Shown here: positions 26,767-38,500 of the stretch, piece by piece
Position numbering within the stretch: position 1 is the first letter of the stretch
Layout: the number at the start of each line of letters is the position of its first letter
The notes under the pieces: generated by a model
Told to the model about the DNA's origin: nothing
Database searches by the model: none
Seen by the model: only the letters and a program-made list of their open reading frames with translations
From: Candidatus Onthovivens sp.
GTDB taxonomy: Bacteria; Bacillota_I; Bacilli_A; RFN20; CAG-826
Assembly: GCA_048405595.1 (NCBI GenBank)
Contig: DBFJOT010000052.1
Coordinates: forward strand, 937 to 64,936
Direction: 5' to 3'
Length of the DNA: 64,000 bases
Position numbers and translations under genes: made by a program

Positions 26767-27150
26767 TTAACTTTGCTTGCAAAACATTCTAAAAGATATT
26801 CTAGTCTTAGACTTAATGAGCTTGTCGTAAATTTTCCCATTTAAAAACATCGGTCTTAGCCATTCAAAAATAATTTTCGATTGTTCCTCTTTATATTCTT
26901 TATATTGTTGAGAACCAATAAACATACCTTTAGTAGTATCGATATAAGCTAAAAGTGTTCCGTTAAATTTTTGAAATCTTACACCTTTAATCTCTTCAAT
27001 TCCGAATGTAAACTTTTCATCTAGCGTGTCAAAAATAAGTTTATTATCACGTAAACATACTAAGCACTTTTGATAATTTGCCAAATTCCTAAACAATGTT
27101 TGTTGAGGCGATGTAATTAAAATAATTCTAGAATATAACGTTTTGATCAT
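26767..27150 (-). CDS. Hypothetical protein
   Basis: 127-aa ORF with a GAAAGG RBS and no recognisable motif. Confidence 0.5.
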   Translation of the reverse strand: MIKTLYSRIILITSPQQTLFRNLANYQKCLVCLRDNKLIFDTLDEKFTFGIEEIKGVRFQKFNGTLLAYIDTTKGMFIGSQQYKEYKEEQSKIIFEWLRPMFLNGKIYDKLIKSKTRISFRMFCKQS

Positions 27151-27462
27151 TTAATTAAACCTTTCAATTAAATATTATAATCTATAAAAAATTTTAACGA
27201 ACTTAATATAATCTAAAATCTTACTTACACATTATAAAAATCATATTGTTTAGAAATATTGTAATTTGTTTTGTATTATGCTACAACCATTTTTCATCCA
27301 TGAATTTCAAAGTTTTTATAATTTTAAGACTTTTTTAAATACACAACATTTTAATAAATCTATATCAATTTGAAGCATATAAAAATTTTGAAGTTTCTTT
27401 GTTGACATAACATAAAACCTACCTTTAAACTATTCTAGGTTAAAAGAGAGGATAAAAAATTA

Positions 27463-29706
27463 ATGAAACAAGAATGGAGAAATTTTAATACCGGTCACTG
27501 GGTAGATGAAATCGATGTTAGAGACTTCATCCAAAAGAACTACACACATTACAGTGGCGATGATAGCTTCCTTGCTGAACCAACAGAAGCTACAAACACT
27601 CTTTGGGGAGAAATCAAACGTCTTCAAAAGCTCGAAAGAGAAAGAGGCGGCGTTTTAGATATGGAAGCTGATGTCGTAAGCGGAATTAGTGCTTATGGAG
27701 CAGCTTATATCACAGAAGACAAAACTTTAGAAAAAGTCGTCGGTCTTCAAACAGATAAACCACTTAAAAGAGCTTTCATGCCTTATGGCGGAATCAAAAT
27801 GGCTGAAGAGTCATTGTTAACTTATGGATATACACCAAATCCAGAATTCCATACAATTTTCACTAAATATCACAAAACACATAACCAAGGTGTTTTCGAT
27901 GTTTATACAAAAGAAATCAAAACAGCTAGACACGCTAAAATCATCACAGGTTTACCAGATACTTATGGTAGAGGAAGAATCGTTGGTGACTATAGAAGAA
28001 TCGCACTTTATGGTATTGATTTCTTAATTGAAAAGAAACAAGCTGATTTACTTGAACACGAATGCGGCGTTATGCACGAAGATATTATTAGAGTTCGTGA
28101 AGAAATCGCTGATCAAATCAAAGCATTAAAAGAAATGAAAGTCATGGCAGAAAGCTATGGTTATGACATTTCAAAACCAGCTACAAACGCTAGAGAAGCA
28201 TTCCAATGGTTATACTTCGGTTACCTTGCTGCTATCAAAACACAAAATGGCGCTGCTATGTCAGTTGGTAGAATCTCAACTTTCTTAGATATTTACATTG
28301 AAAGAGATTTAGCTGAAGGAAAATTAACAGAAAGCGAAGCACAAGAATTAGTCGACCAAATCGTTTTAAAATTCAGAATGGTTAAATTCGCTAGAGTCCC
28401 TTCATACAATCAACTTTTCTCAGGCGATCCGGTCTGGGCTACACTTGAAGTTGCAGGTTTAGGTATGGATGGAAGAGATTTAGTCACTAAAAACGACTTC
28501 CGTTTCTTACATACACTCGAAAACATGGGACCATCACCAGAACCAAACTTAACTGTTTTATATTCTTCACGCTTAAGTGAAAGCTTCAAAAAGTATGCAA
28601 GTAAAATTTCAATCACTACTTCATCAATTCAATACGAAAACGATGATGTTATGAGACCAATTTGGGGTGATGATTACTCAATCTGCTGCTGTGTCAGTGC
28701 TACTCAAACTGGTAAAGAAATGCAATTCTTTGGAGCTAGAGCTAACTTAGCTAAATGTTTACTTTACGCAATCAACGGCGGTAAAGATGAAATTTCAAAA
28801 CTCCAAGTTGGACCTGCATATCAACCAATTACAACAGAATATTTAGACTATTCAGAAGTCTTAACAAAATACGATGCTATGATGGATTGGTTAGCAAAAG
28901 TTTATGTTAACGCTCTCAACTTAATCCACTATATGCACGATAAATATTACTATGAAGCTGCTGAAATGGCTTTAATCGATACAGATGTTAGAAGAACATT
29001 CGCAACAGGTATCGCAGGATTTAGCCACGTTGTCGACTCATTAAGTGCTATCAAATACGCTAAAGTTAAACCAATCAGAGACGAAAACGGAATCGCAATC
29101 GATTTCGAAATCGAAGGTGACTTCCCAAGATATGGTAACGATGATGATAGAGCTGATGAAATCGCAGTCAAGTTACTCAAAATGTTCATGAATAAAGTTA
29201 GAAAGAATCCAACTTATAGAAATTCAGAACCAACAACTTCAATCTTAACAATTACATCTAACGTTGTTTACGGTAAAGCAACTGGTACATTACCAGACGG
29301 AAGAAAGAAAGGCGAACCATTAGCACCTGGCGGAAACCCAAGCTATGGAGCTGAAAAGAACGGACTTTTAGCTTCACTTAACTCTGTTGCTAAATTACCT
29401 TATGAATATGCTCTCGATGGAATTTCAAACACACAAACAATTTCACCAGACGCATTAGGTCACTCATTAGAAGAAAGAACAAACAACTTAGTTAATATTC
29501 TCGATGGATATTTTGACCAAGGCGCTCACCACTTAAATGTTAACGTCTTTGGAACAGAAAAATTAATCGATGCTATGAATCACCCTGAAAAAGAAGAATA
29601 CGCAAACTTCACTATCAGAGTTAGTGGTTACGCAGTTAAATTCATCGACCTTACAAAAGAACAACAACTCGACGTTATTGCTAGAACATGTCACAAGACA
29701 ATCTAG
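27463..29706 (+). CDS. pflB: Formate C-acetyltransferase (pyruvate formate-lyase)
   Basis: 747 aa. Active-site Cys pair context YSICCCVSA and the glycyl-radical motif [12 protein letters not shown] near the C-terminus. Confidence 0.95.
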   Translation: MKQEWRNFNTGHWVDEIDVRDFIQKNYTHYSGDDSFLAEPTEATNTLWGEIKRLQKLERERGGVLDMEADVVSGISAYGAAYITEDKTLEKVVGLQTDKPLKRAFMPYGGIKMAEESLLTYGYTPNPEFHTIFTKYHKTHNQGVFDVYTKEIKTARHAKIITGLPDTYGRGRIVGDYRRIALYGIDFLIEKKQADLLEHECGVMHEDIIRVREEIADQIKALKEMKVMAESYGYDISKPATNAREAFQWLYFGYLAAIKTQNGAAMSVGRISTFLDIYIERDLAEGKLTESEAQELVDQIVLKFRMVKFARVPSYNQLFSGDPVWATLEVAGLGMDGRDLVTKNDFRFLHTLENMGPSPEPNLTVLYSSRLSESFKKYASKISITTSSIQYENDDVMRPIWGDDYSICCCVSATQTGKEMQFFGARANLAKCLLYAINGGKDEISKLQVGPAYQPITTEYLDYSEVLTKYDAMMDWLAKVYVNALNLIHYMHDKYYYEAAEMALIDTDVRRTFATGIAGFSHVVDSLSAIKYAKVKPIRDENGIAIDFEIEGDFPRYGNDDDRADEIAVKLLKMFMNKVRKNPTYRNSEPTTSILTITSNVVYGKATGTLPDGRKKGEPLAPGGNPSYGAEKNGLLASLNSVAKLPYEYALDGISNTQTISPDALGHSLEERTNNLVNILDGYFDQGAHHLNVNVFGTEKLIDAMNHPEKEEYANFTIRVSGYAVKFIDLTKEQQLDVIARTCHKTI

Positions 29707-29735
29707 CAATTTCCTTGATAGAATCGAGATAATTC

Positions 29736-30464
29736 ATGATTTTAGGTAAAGTTCATTCAATAGAAACTTTTGGTGCAGTTGATGGACCAGGAATAAGATT
29801 TGTTATCTTTTTAAAGGGGTGCAATATGAGATGTAAATATTGCCATAACCCTGATACTTGGTTTGGAAGTGCTTGCGAAACTAAAACTGCTGAAGAATTA
29901 ATTTCCAAAGCTTTAAAATATAAAACTTACTGGAAAAAAGAAGGCGGAATTACTGTTAGTGGCGGAGATCCTTTAGTACAAATTGATTTTCTTATTGAGT
30001 TATTCACTTTAGCTAAAAAGCATGGAATCAACACTTGTATTGATACAAGTGGGGAGCCATTTAAAGAAGATAGCGATTATCTTGACAAAATGGATAAGTT
30101 ACTTGAATTAACTGATTTAGTTATTCTTGATTTAAAAGAAATGAATAACCAAAAACATAAATGGTTAACTTCAAGAAGTAACGAAAATATCCTTAAGTTC
30201 GCTAGATACTTAAGTGATAAAAATAAGAAAATGTGGATTCGTCACGTTTTAGTTCCAACTATTACAGATGATGAAACAGATTTAGTTGAATTAAAAAACT
30301 TTGTTCACACTTTAAATAACGTAGAGAAATTCGAAATTCTTCCTTATCATTCATTTGGAACTTTTAAATATAAAGAACTTAATCTGCCATATCAACTTCT
30401 TGATATAAAAGAACCAACCGAAGAAGAGATAAAAAGAGCCAAAAGAATTCTCGAAATTAATTAA
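29736..30464 (+). CDS. pflA: Pyruvate formate-lyase activating enzyme (radical SAM)
   Basis: 242 aa. GxDGPGIRFVIFLKGCNMRCKYCHN contains the CxxxCxxC cluster motif. It lies directly downstream of pflB. Confidence 0.95.
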   Translation: MILGKVHSIETFGAVDGPGIRFVIFLKGCNMRCKYCHNPDTWFGSACETKTAEELISKALKYKTYWKKEGGITVSGGDPLVQIDFLIELFTLAKKHGINTCIDTSGEPFKEDSDYLDKMDKLLELTDLVILDLKEMNNQKHKWLTSRSNENILKFARYLSDKNKKMWIRHVLVPTITDDETDLVELKNFVHTLNNVEKFEILPYHSFGTFKYKELNLPYQLLDIKEPTEEEIKRAKRILEIN

Positions 30465-30467
30465 TTA

Positions 30468-30496
30468 AGCTTTGAGATAATCTCAAGGCTTTTTTC
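30468..30496 (+). terminator. Terminator after pflA
   Basis: 10-bp stem AGCTTTGAGA-taa-TCTCAAGGCT (one G.U pair) followed by TTTTTT. Confidence 0.8.
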
Positions 30497-30544
30497 TTTA
30501 CTATTTTATCGCATTAAACTTAGTTTTTATCTTATAATTAATAC

Positions 30545-31015
30545 ATGAAATTCTTTATGTCAAAACTCGTTTACAACATAATTTGTAACATACCTGTTTG
30601 CTTCTTTTTATGCTTAGCTGCTAGCCTAGTTCACGGAGTAGATATTGATTGGGTTAATTTTGGAATTAACTTTAGTGTTTCGTTTGTCCTAGCAATGTTT
30701 ATTGGGCTATTTATTCCTTTAACCGCTATCGGTAGATGGTTCACTGCTTTATTCCATGTTCGTAATGATACTTATACAGGTAATATAAAATACCGAATTC
30801 TCGCAACTTTAATAAGTACTCTTATCTTTTTTATAATTATTAATCCAACATTAACTATCTTAAATTTCTTTTTACTTAAAAGCCAAACTGGTTATGAGTG
30901 TTTTATAGATTGGCTAATCAACATTCCTTTAATGATAATTGTAGGTTTTACTTCTTCTTTTATCAGTGATTTTTTAGCTTATAAAGCTGCTCATAAAATC
31001 GATGATAGGTTCTAA
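30545..31015 (+). CDS. Hypothetical 4-TM membrane protein
   Basis: 156-aa hydrophobic ORF of no recognisable family. No clear SD. Confidence 0.5.
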   Translation: MKFFMSKLVYNIICNIPVCFFLCLAASLVHGVDIDWVNFGINFSVSFVLAMFIGLFIPLTAIGRWFTALFHVRNDTYTGNIKYRILATLISTLIFFIIINPTLTILNFFLLKSQTGYECFIDWLINIPLMIIVGFTSSFISDFLAYKAAHKIDDRF

Positions 31016-31060
31016 AACCTTGCAAAACATAGATATTTTTACTTTAGAAAGGGCTTTTTT

Positions 31061-31837
31061 ATGAATTTTACTCTAATTACAGGAGCAAGTAGCGGCTTAG
31101 GAAAAGAGTTCGCTAAAATTTACGCTCAACACGGAAACAATTTAATTTTAGTCGATATTAATATAGCCGGACTTACCAAATGTAAAGAAGAAATCTTAAG
31201 CATTAATAAAGATCTAGTTGTTGTTACTCAAAAATGCGATTTAAGTAAAATCGAAGAAGTTAAAAAGTTAACAGCAAAACTCATTACCAAAGACGTATTC
31301 GTTAACAATTTAATGAACGCTGCTGGATTCGGAGACAGAGAAGATTTTAAAGACATGGACATTGATAAACAAATCAATATGACGAATCTAAACTGCAATG
31401 CATTATTATATTTAACCAAGTTCTTCTTAAAAGATATGATCTTCAAAAACGAAGGCCATATTATTAATGTCGCTTCTATCGCCGCTTTTATGCCTGGTCC
31501 ATTTATGTCAACTTATCATGCCACAAAAGCCTATGTTTTACTTCTAGGAGAAGCGATTTCTTACGAGTTAAAAGATACAAATGTAAAGCTACTTACACTT
31601 TGCCCAGGACCTTTTAATTCTAATTTTGTAAAGCTTGCTCATAACGATTATACATTTAGTAAGATTAAACCATTCGAAGCAAGTAAAGTTGCTCTTATTG
31701 GCTATAAAAAATCTCAAAAAGGTAAGTCACTTTATATAGTTGGCTTTAAAAATAGATTCACTTGTTTCGTTACGAGATTCGCACCAAGAAAACTTGTAAC
31801 TAAAATAAGTGCGAAAACTACGAAAAAAGGAGTTTAA
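31061..31837 (+). CDS. Short-chain dehydrogenase/reductase (SDR)
   Basis: TGASSGLGKEF cofactor motif, NAAG, and catalytic YHATKAY (YxxxK). Confidence 0.85.
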   Translation: MNFTLITGASSGLGKEFAKIYAQHGNNLILVDINIAGLTKCKEEILSINKDLVVVTQKCDLSKIEEVKKLTAKLITKDVFVNNLMNAAGFGDREDFKDMDIDKQINMTNLNCNALLYLTKFFLKDMIFKNEGHIINVASIAAFMPGPFMSTYHATKAYVLLLGEAISYELKDTNVKLLTLCPGPFNSNFVKLAHNDYTFSKIKPFEASKVALIGYKKSQKGKSLYIVGFKNRFTCFVTRFAPRKLVTKISAKTTKKGV

Positions 31838-31838
31838 T

Positions 31839-32399
31839 ATGAAAATTAGTTTAGGAACAAAAGCATTAATTTACCCTCAACCAGTTCTTTTAATATCAAG
31901 TTATGATGCTTCATTATCTCCAAATATTATGACTGCAGTTCGGGGAGGAGTCGCTGATATTGATAAAATTTTTATCTGTATTGACCACAATCATAAAACA
32001 ATGGAGAATATTTTACTCCATAAAGAATTCACAGTTTCAATTGGAACAAGTGACTATGTGAAAAATGCCGACTACGTTGGTATCGTCAGTCAAAAGAAGG
32101 AAATAAATAAAGTAGAAAAAAGCGGATTCACTTTAACTAAATCAGAAAATGTTAAAGCACCTATCATCAATGAACTTCCTTTAACACTAGAATGTAAATT
32201 AATAAGTTTTGATCCTTCAACGGATTATCTTTTCGGGCGAGTCGTTAATGTATTATGTGAAGAAAATATATTAACCGAAAACAAAAAAATCGATTTAAGA
32301 AAATTAAAACCATTAATTTACGATACATCAAACCATAAATATGTAAGTGTTGGCGAAGACGTTGGTGATGCTTTTAAAGATGGAAAGCTTCTTTTTTAA
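31839..32399 (+). CDS. Flavin reductase-like (FMN-binding split-barrel) protein
   Basis: Starts MKISLGTKALIYPQPVLLISSYD. The ATG at 31839 is 1 nt after the SDR stop and has an AAAAGGAG RBS. The track start is 31809. Confidence 0.7.
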   Translation: MKISLGTKALIYPQPVLLISSYDASLSPNIMTAVRGGVADIDKIFICIDHNHKTMENILLHKEFTVSIGTSDYVKNADYVGIVSQKKEINKVEKSGFTLTKSENVKAPIINELPLTLECKLISFDPSTDYLFGRVVNVLCEENILTENKKIDLRKLKPLIYDTSNHKYVSVGEDVGDAFKDGKLLF

Positions 32400-32402
32400 T
32401 TC

Positions 32403-32442
32403 CCTTCACTAACACAAAAGGATCAATCTTGATTTTTTTCAA
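32403..32442 (+). repeat. Copy B of the 40-nt intergenic element
   Basis: CCTTCACTAACACAAAAG-N12-TTTTTTTCAA, 4 nt after the flavin-reductase stop. See copy A at 14573..14612. Confidence 0.7.
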
Positions 32443-32459
32443 TTTTTCCTAAAATTAAC

Positions 32460-34943
32460 TTATCTTTTTTTCAGATGAGTTATTTTTAATTCGCTATTAG
32501 CAAAAAATATTTTTGTTTTTTCAGGATTCCCTAACCAATTCTTATCATTTAAGTAATCTGGAATTGTATTAGCCCCAAATAGAAATACATTTAGAGTTTT
32601 ATCTTCGTATGGATAAAAAATCGGTGGTTCTTCATTTGATTCTGCTCGAACAATATTTAATTTACTTCCTAGTCTCACTTTATTAGCGATAATTTTGCTA
32701 TTCACACATAAAGTAACCCATAAATTTTCATCTTTACCGCTACAATCATTGCCTTGAACAACAAATTCATCGACTTCAACATTACAAGTTGGATAAAAAT
32801 AACTTCGAGTTTCTAAAACAAGTCTATCAAGTTTAATTGGAACATCAGAATATAAATTCCGATCACTTCGACTATAAACAATAATTTCTTTATTATTGAA
32901 ATTTTCATCTAACCATAAATTTATATTCATGCACCTTTTTCCTGGAACAAATTCTTCTAATTCGAGAGTATCAAAATTAAAATGTTTCTTAGCAATTTCT
33001 TTTAATCCATCACCAGTAATCAACTTTTTAATCTTTCCAAAATCTCTATTAAATTCAATCGGCAAAACTTTAACTTGATCACTAAGTTCAACCGTTACAT
33101 CTCCATTTTGAACAAAACCATATTCTCCAATTCTCATTATAGTTTTAGTTTTAACGTTTAAAGGATTACCTAACCTTACATATTTTACTTTTGGACAATT
33201 AATAAAGATGTCTTCATTTAATTTAGACTTTCCATTTAAATTTCCGATATCAACCGATATTAAATTAGGTAAATTATCAAATGCTCCGCTTTCAATTTGA
33301 ACAGTTTCACTTTCAATAACTAAATGTTTAATTGAATTGTTATCTTTTAAAGCGCCTTTTTTAATCTTATCAACAGTAAAATCATCAATCGCTGAAGGAA
33401 TATAAAGAGTTGCAGTATCGTCTTCAATAGAAGTAATTTCAGCAGTTTTGTTTTTTATGCTATATGAGTAAGCAATTTTTGAGCCACTAAAAATCGGAGT
33501 AAGGCCGATATCGTGATCGAAATTATAAATAAAGTCGAATTCTAAAGTATCATATTCATCAATATAATATCTTTCAATAATTCTAGATTCGTCACTTGAT
33601 GTTCTTGGCAAATGAACTTCTTCGTCATATTTGACTGTAAGTTCTGGCAAATAACAATCATAAAATGAAATTGTATAGGTATTTGCTTCATAAATTGCGT
33701 CTAGAGTAACAACATCATCGAAAATAGTATTTTCATTGATTGGTTTATTGTTATATCTGAATTCAATAAACTTATATCCTTTTTTAATTATTTTAGGCAA
33801 ATTATATAAGTCATCAAAATAAAAATTATCAATTGTAAGTGGGTAATTAGGATCAATAAAAGATCCGCCATTTAGATTTAAGAAAGCTTTAGTCTCATAA
33901 CTATTATAGATAGGAAAAATAGATAAATCTTTTTTGACTGACAAATATTCTTCACTATTCCGTTTCATAAATCTTTTATTAGGTATTTGAGGTAAGATTG
34001 GTGGTTCAACTTTATCTAAATATAAAGCCTCTTCTTCAGTAACTAAAACACCTTTATCGTTATAAAATTTAACATTAAATGATTTTTTATTTAATTTGCC
34101 TGTAATCTTAATGTCACTATTAATAGGAGTTGAAAAATCAAATGGTTGATCATTTAAATAATAACCTTCAAGTTCATATCCTTCATGACGATAAATTAAA
34201 TTTTTAGCAGTTTTTCCATGATAAACATATTCTTTAATTTCTTCACCGCTCAAATCAAAATAATAAGTTACTTCGTGATAATTATCTAAAGTATTATTAT
34301 TTTCATCATCTTTAGAACCATTATTTTCAGTTGTTGTAACATTATTTATAGAAGTTAACCCAAAAACAAGAGAGGTTGTAAGCAAAAGGATATTCGATAA
34401 AATAAGAAGCATAATTAAAAATACAGAAGACTTTTCACTTCTTTTTTTAGGTTTAACTATATCAACCATATCAGTTGCTTCTTGAACAACTACTTTCTTT
34501 TCAATTATTCCAGAATAAAATTCCTCATAATTTACGTGATAAAAATTAGCAATTTTAATAAACTCTAGTGTATTAGGAAAAGATTCACCATTTTCCAATT
34601 TAGAAACACGTGTTTTATTAATGTTTAATTCATTTGCGAAATCGGCTTGAGTAATTTGAGCCTTTTCTCTTAAAAATTTTAATCTAGCTGTAAACTTTTC
34701 CGCCTCAAAAGGAGGGATTTCTTTATATTCCTCAATATGATCAATATCTGCATTTAAGAAACAATCTAAACTTACATTTAAAATTTCTATAAGCTTACCA
34801 ACGAGTCTTATATCAATTTTAACATCCCCTGTTTCAAATTTACGGATTGCCTGTGGAGTATAATTTATCGAATCCCCTACTTCTTGAAGAGAAAGCCCCA
34901 AAGCCTTTCTTCTAGCTTTGATAAATTCATTCAATTCCATCAT
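32460..34943 (-). CDS. Membrane-tethered regulator: two XRE-type HTH domains + TM + extracellular Listeria-Bacteroides-type repeats and BspA-like LRR
   Basis: HTH1 is FIKARRKALGLSLQEVGDSINYTPQAIRKFETG and HTH2 is LKFLREKAQITQADFANELNINKTRVSKLENG. The TM is VFLIMLLILSNILLLTTSLVFGL. The repeats are of the form ...GYELEGYYLNDQPFDFSTPI.... An LRR-like part follows (IESGAFDNLPNLISVDIG). The likely start is MMELNEF (34943). Confidence 0.75.
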   Translation of the reverse strand: MMELNEFIKARRKALGLSLQEVGDSINYTPQAIRKFETGDVKIDIRLVGKLIEILNVSLDCFLNADIDHIEEYKEIPPFEAEKFTARLKFLREKAQITQADFANELNINKTRVSKLENGESFPNTLEFIKIANFYHVNYEEFYSGIIEKKVVVQEATDMVDIVKPKKRSEKSSVFLIMLLILSNILLLTTSLVFGLTSINNVTTTENNGSKDDENNNTLDNYHEVTYYFDLSGEEIKEYVYHGKTAKNLIYRHEGYELEGYYLNDQPFDFSTPINSDIKITGKLNKKSFNVKFYNDKGVLVTEEEALYLDKVEPPILPQIPNKRFMKRNSEEYLSVKKDLSIFPIYNSYETKAFLNLNGGSFIDPNYPLTIDNFYFDDLYNLPKIIKKGYKFIEFRYNNKPINENTIFDDVVTLDAIYEANTYTISFYDCYLPELTVKYDEEVHLPRTSSDESRIIERYYIDEYDTLEFDFIYNFDHDIGLTPIFSGSKIAYSYSIKNKTAEITSIEDDTATLYIPSAIDDFTVDKIKKGALKDNNSIKHLVIESETVQIESGAFDNLPNLISVDIGNLNGKSKLNEDIFINCPKVKYVRLGNPLNVKTKTIMRIGEYGFVQNGDVTVELSDQVKVLPIEFNRDFGKIKKLITGDGLKEIAKKHFNFDTLELEEFVPGKRCMNINLWLDENFNNKEIIVYSRSDRNLYSDVPIKLDRLVLETRSYFYPTCNVEVDEFVVQGNDCSGKDENLWVTLCVNSKIIANKVRLGSKLNIVRAESNEEPPIFYPYEDKTLNVFLFGANTIPDYLNDKNWLGNPEKTKIFFANSELKITHLKKR

Positions 34944-35161
34944 TAACAATTTTAGCCGATATATTCGGCTTTTTAAACAAAAAATCATTAAATATTCTTT
35001 TTAGTTTAAAAATTCCTTATATCGTAACTATTAAATTTAAACTAAAACCATTAAATTATAAGTATAAGGTTAAACCAAATAAAACCTTATAAAATCTATC
35101 CGATTTAAGTTAGTCGGGTAAAGAAAATATCATTATATTTTGCGATTTAGGGGTTCGAAAA

Positions 35162-35181
35162 AGAAAAGCATATGCTTTTCT
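35162..35181. promoter_or_regulatory. Perfect 20-bp palindrome in the divergent regulator intergenic region (candidate operator)
   Basis: AGAAAAGCAT|ATGCTTTTCT. Further inverted repeats are TATAAGGTT/AACCTTATA (35063..35091) and GTTATA-GGGG-TATAAC (35201..35216). Confidence 0.45.
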
Positions 35182-35295
35182 GAACGCGAAAATTATTGAT
35201 GTTATAGGGGTATAACTTTCTTTAATTAAAAATCAATATTTTACATAAGGTTCATCGTTTTCGTTACCCTCCAAATTAGGAGGCTAAAAATAGTT

Positions 35296-35508
35296 ATGAA
35301 CAAAACTTTCTCAGTTCTTTACATCTACGATTTACTCTTAGAAGGTAAACACTTTCAATCAAGTGATTTGCCATGTGTCTTAAATTGTTCTTTAAGAACA
35401 GCTAAAAGATACATTTCAGCAGTTAAAGATTACGTAGAAAAAAACCATGAAGGTAAAGTTGTTAAATATAGCGCTAGAGATAAAAGCTACTGCTTAATGG
35501 ATAAATAG
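35296..35508 (+). CDS. Small HTH protein (HTH_11/YafY N-terminal-like)
   Basis: 70 aa. The LYIYDLLLEGKHFQSSDLPCVLNCSLRTAKRYISAVKDYV pattern resembles a DeoR/YafY-type wHTH. AGGAGG lies 12 nt upstream. Confidence 0.5.
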   Translation: MNKTFSVLYIYDLLLEGKHFQSSDLPCVLNCSLRTAKRYISAVKDYVEKNHEGKVVKYSARDKSYCLMDK

Positions 35509-35599
35509 GGGTTAAAAAATAACTGAGTAACGATTTCGTTACTCAGTTATTTTTTTCAAAAACCTTTTAATTCAAAGGTTTTTTGTTTTGATTCATCTT

Positions 35600-38500
35600 T
35601 TATTCAGTTAATCTTAAACGTAATTTAACTTTTTCTCCGTGATAAAGAATTGTGATTTCTTGTTCTTCATATAAAGGATATGAATAATCGATATAATCTT
35701 TAATATCTTTAAAAGTAATGTCTTCAATAAGTTCATTTACATATATACCATGATCTCTTTTACTATAAGGTAAATAAATAAAGTGTTTCGTTTCTCTAGT
35801 AACATTTAAAACATAATCATCGTTTAAAGGATTCGAAACGCTAATATCACTATCAACTCTCATATCTTGATCCTCAACATTATATGGTTTAACGACATTA
35901 TAAATCACTTCGATAGATTCAGTTGTTGTTTGTAGATTTTCGTTATCAAACTTCTTTATATCAATTTTAGCTAAGCCTTCTCCGGTAAAGGATGTATCTA
36001 TATAACTATTGTTGTCATATATACTAATATATTCAGATTGCTTAAATACAGTTGATACATATTCTGGATTTTGATAATCCTCATAGACATATAAAATTCC
36101 TTTAGATATATCTCTGTCGCTGAATTTAACTTTAGAGCCGTAAACAAAAGCAAATTCATCACCAGCGTTTCCTAAAAAATATTTATCAATATATTCTTGT
36201 TTTAATCTATATAAACGAAATTCATATGGAATTCCTTGATAATAATCAGTTACTTCTCCATAACTATTTATTTCCATTTTTGTATAATCTAATTTGTTAT
36301 CAAAATCATTTGCCGTTAATTTAATATCTCTTGATTCCCTATAAGAACTATTCATCGTCATATCACCAAAATCATAATTCTCTTCAATTGTAAAATCTAA
36401 AACTTTATCTTCAAATCTAGTCGCTCCAATAAAAGAGTAATATTCGTTTTCTCTTGAGTGAATCGATTTTGAGTATGAAATAGCTTCTCTAGCATTAAAG
36501 GTTAACTCTATTTGTTTGGACTCAATATCTTTATCGGTAATAGTAACATTTAATTTTTGTAAGCCTATCATATTAAATGTATATTTTGTTTCATTAGTTC
36601 CATTAATTCCAACAATATCTAAAAAACGAAGATCTTCTTTTCTGATTTTGTAAAAAACAGTAAATTTTTCATCGACATATATTGCTTTGCAATTATAAAC
36701 ACTACCTCCACTTATCGCTTTTAAATCTATTTCTTTATTTAAAGGTACATTGAAATCATCAACGCATGTAAAATTAATTACATCTTTTGGATCATATAAA
36801 TACACAGTTCCGAATAGAAATTGTTCGTTATATTTTATAGCGACATATTGTCGGCCCGTTTTTGTTCTATCTACACCTAAAATCTCAGGAATATTAATTT
36901 CAACACCATTAAATCCACTCTTAAATTTTAAAGAAGTAGAATCGAAATCTAGAGGAAGATAATTTTCTCGTAGATTCCATAGCTCGTTGTATTCACCTTC
37001 TTGTTCTAACTTTAACGATAAATTTAAATTATCAACAGTATATGAAACTGCAATATCTTTACTGCTATCTAAGTTAAAAATTAAGATATCTGTTTTTTTA
37101 TTATTCGTACTAAATCCCTTAACTTTAGATTCATCTAATTTAATAATTTCAGTTTCTTTATTAGGCTCAGTTTTATAAAGTGTTAGATCCAACTTATCAC
37201 CTTGTTTATAATCTGTCTTTCCTTTAAGTGCATATCTAGTTACACTATTTTCAATTTGCATTTTTCCTAATAATTCGCTTTCAACGAAACTCTTATAATA
37301 AGTCTCGTCTTCTTCTGTTAATGTTTTGATGTCTTTTTTAGATGCGTTTTCAATTTCTTCTAAAATTTTATCGATATTCAAATTGCTATTAATTTCACCA
37401 ATGCTGAAATCAGTAGTATTTGTGAAACATGTATTGACATTAATAATTGAAGGATCCTCATAATTGTTATCAAAAGTAGCACTATTAAAAACATTTTTGA
37501 ATAAATAATTATTTTTTTCAATCGCTTGAGGAATAGCTTCTTTTACTAATAAAGCTTCATTTCCTAAATTCGTATAAGCTCTCATGAAGGCTTTACTTGC
37601 ATGAATAAACGATTCTGAATATTTAATATCTTGTGAGTTATTAAATAGCACTTTTATGAAATTTAATTCATTTATAGTTATATCTTTTGCTATAAAGCCA
37701 ATAAATTTAAAGACTCTATATAAATGATGAATATCTTTAGTTATTTCAGGCATTAATTCTTTGTATTTAGTTAAAATCCAACCAGAAGAACTTCTTAATT
37801 CATAAGGAGCCACATTATCGTTATTCATATTATCGATAAAGCCTAAGGCATTTAAAAATATCGGAAAACTATCTTTATTACAGAATCCTTCAGTTATTAA
37901 TTGACCAAAAAGGTTACAAGCTTCAGCGAATTCTTTTTCATTTCCTTCAAAACTTCCTGACATTAAAAACTTAAAAATCGTTACTGTATGCTTTGCAATT
38001 GTGTCTACATCTCTAGTAACAGCAAAAATTTTGCCCCAAAGTTTATATCCAAATTCACAAAGAATATAAAGGTTGCGTTGTAAGTCTTCATCAAAATAAT
38101 TATTGCCTTTAGGCGCCAAAGTGGTATCTACTTTAAATTGTTCTACAAATTCTTTAACACCTTCAATATTCGAATAATGTTCAAGTATATATTCTTTCTC
38201 TTGAACATATTGCATAGATATGAAATTGTTCGTATTTTCAAAGTAATTAAAATCGTTAACAATAACTGTGGTACCAAAATAGAAAGCAGCTACACAAGTA
38301 TACCAAACTGGTAAAGACATGTTATCATAGACATTTTTGAAGTATGTCATGATTTCTTTTACATCGTCTTTATTACTCCAATCATATTTATTTTGTGAAA
38401 TTTTTTCTAAAGTTCTGTTGAAAACGATTTTATCAGCATCAAGTAATTCTTTTTTAGTAACACCTGTTTTTTGAGGTAAAGTAGCAAACTCAGGATGATT

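Noticed and set aside
14573-32442. The two 40-nt repeat copies considered as direct-repeat boundaries of a 17.8-kb island
   Set aside because: The interval holds housekeeping genes (gmk, tdk, tRNA-Val, peptidases, pflBA) and no mobility genes, so the repeats are unlikely to be att sites.
35139-35152. GGGGTTCGAA, a tRNA T-arm-like fragment
   Set aside because: Only about 10 nt match, no acceptor or anticodon arm can be folded, and a chance occurrence is likely.
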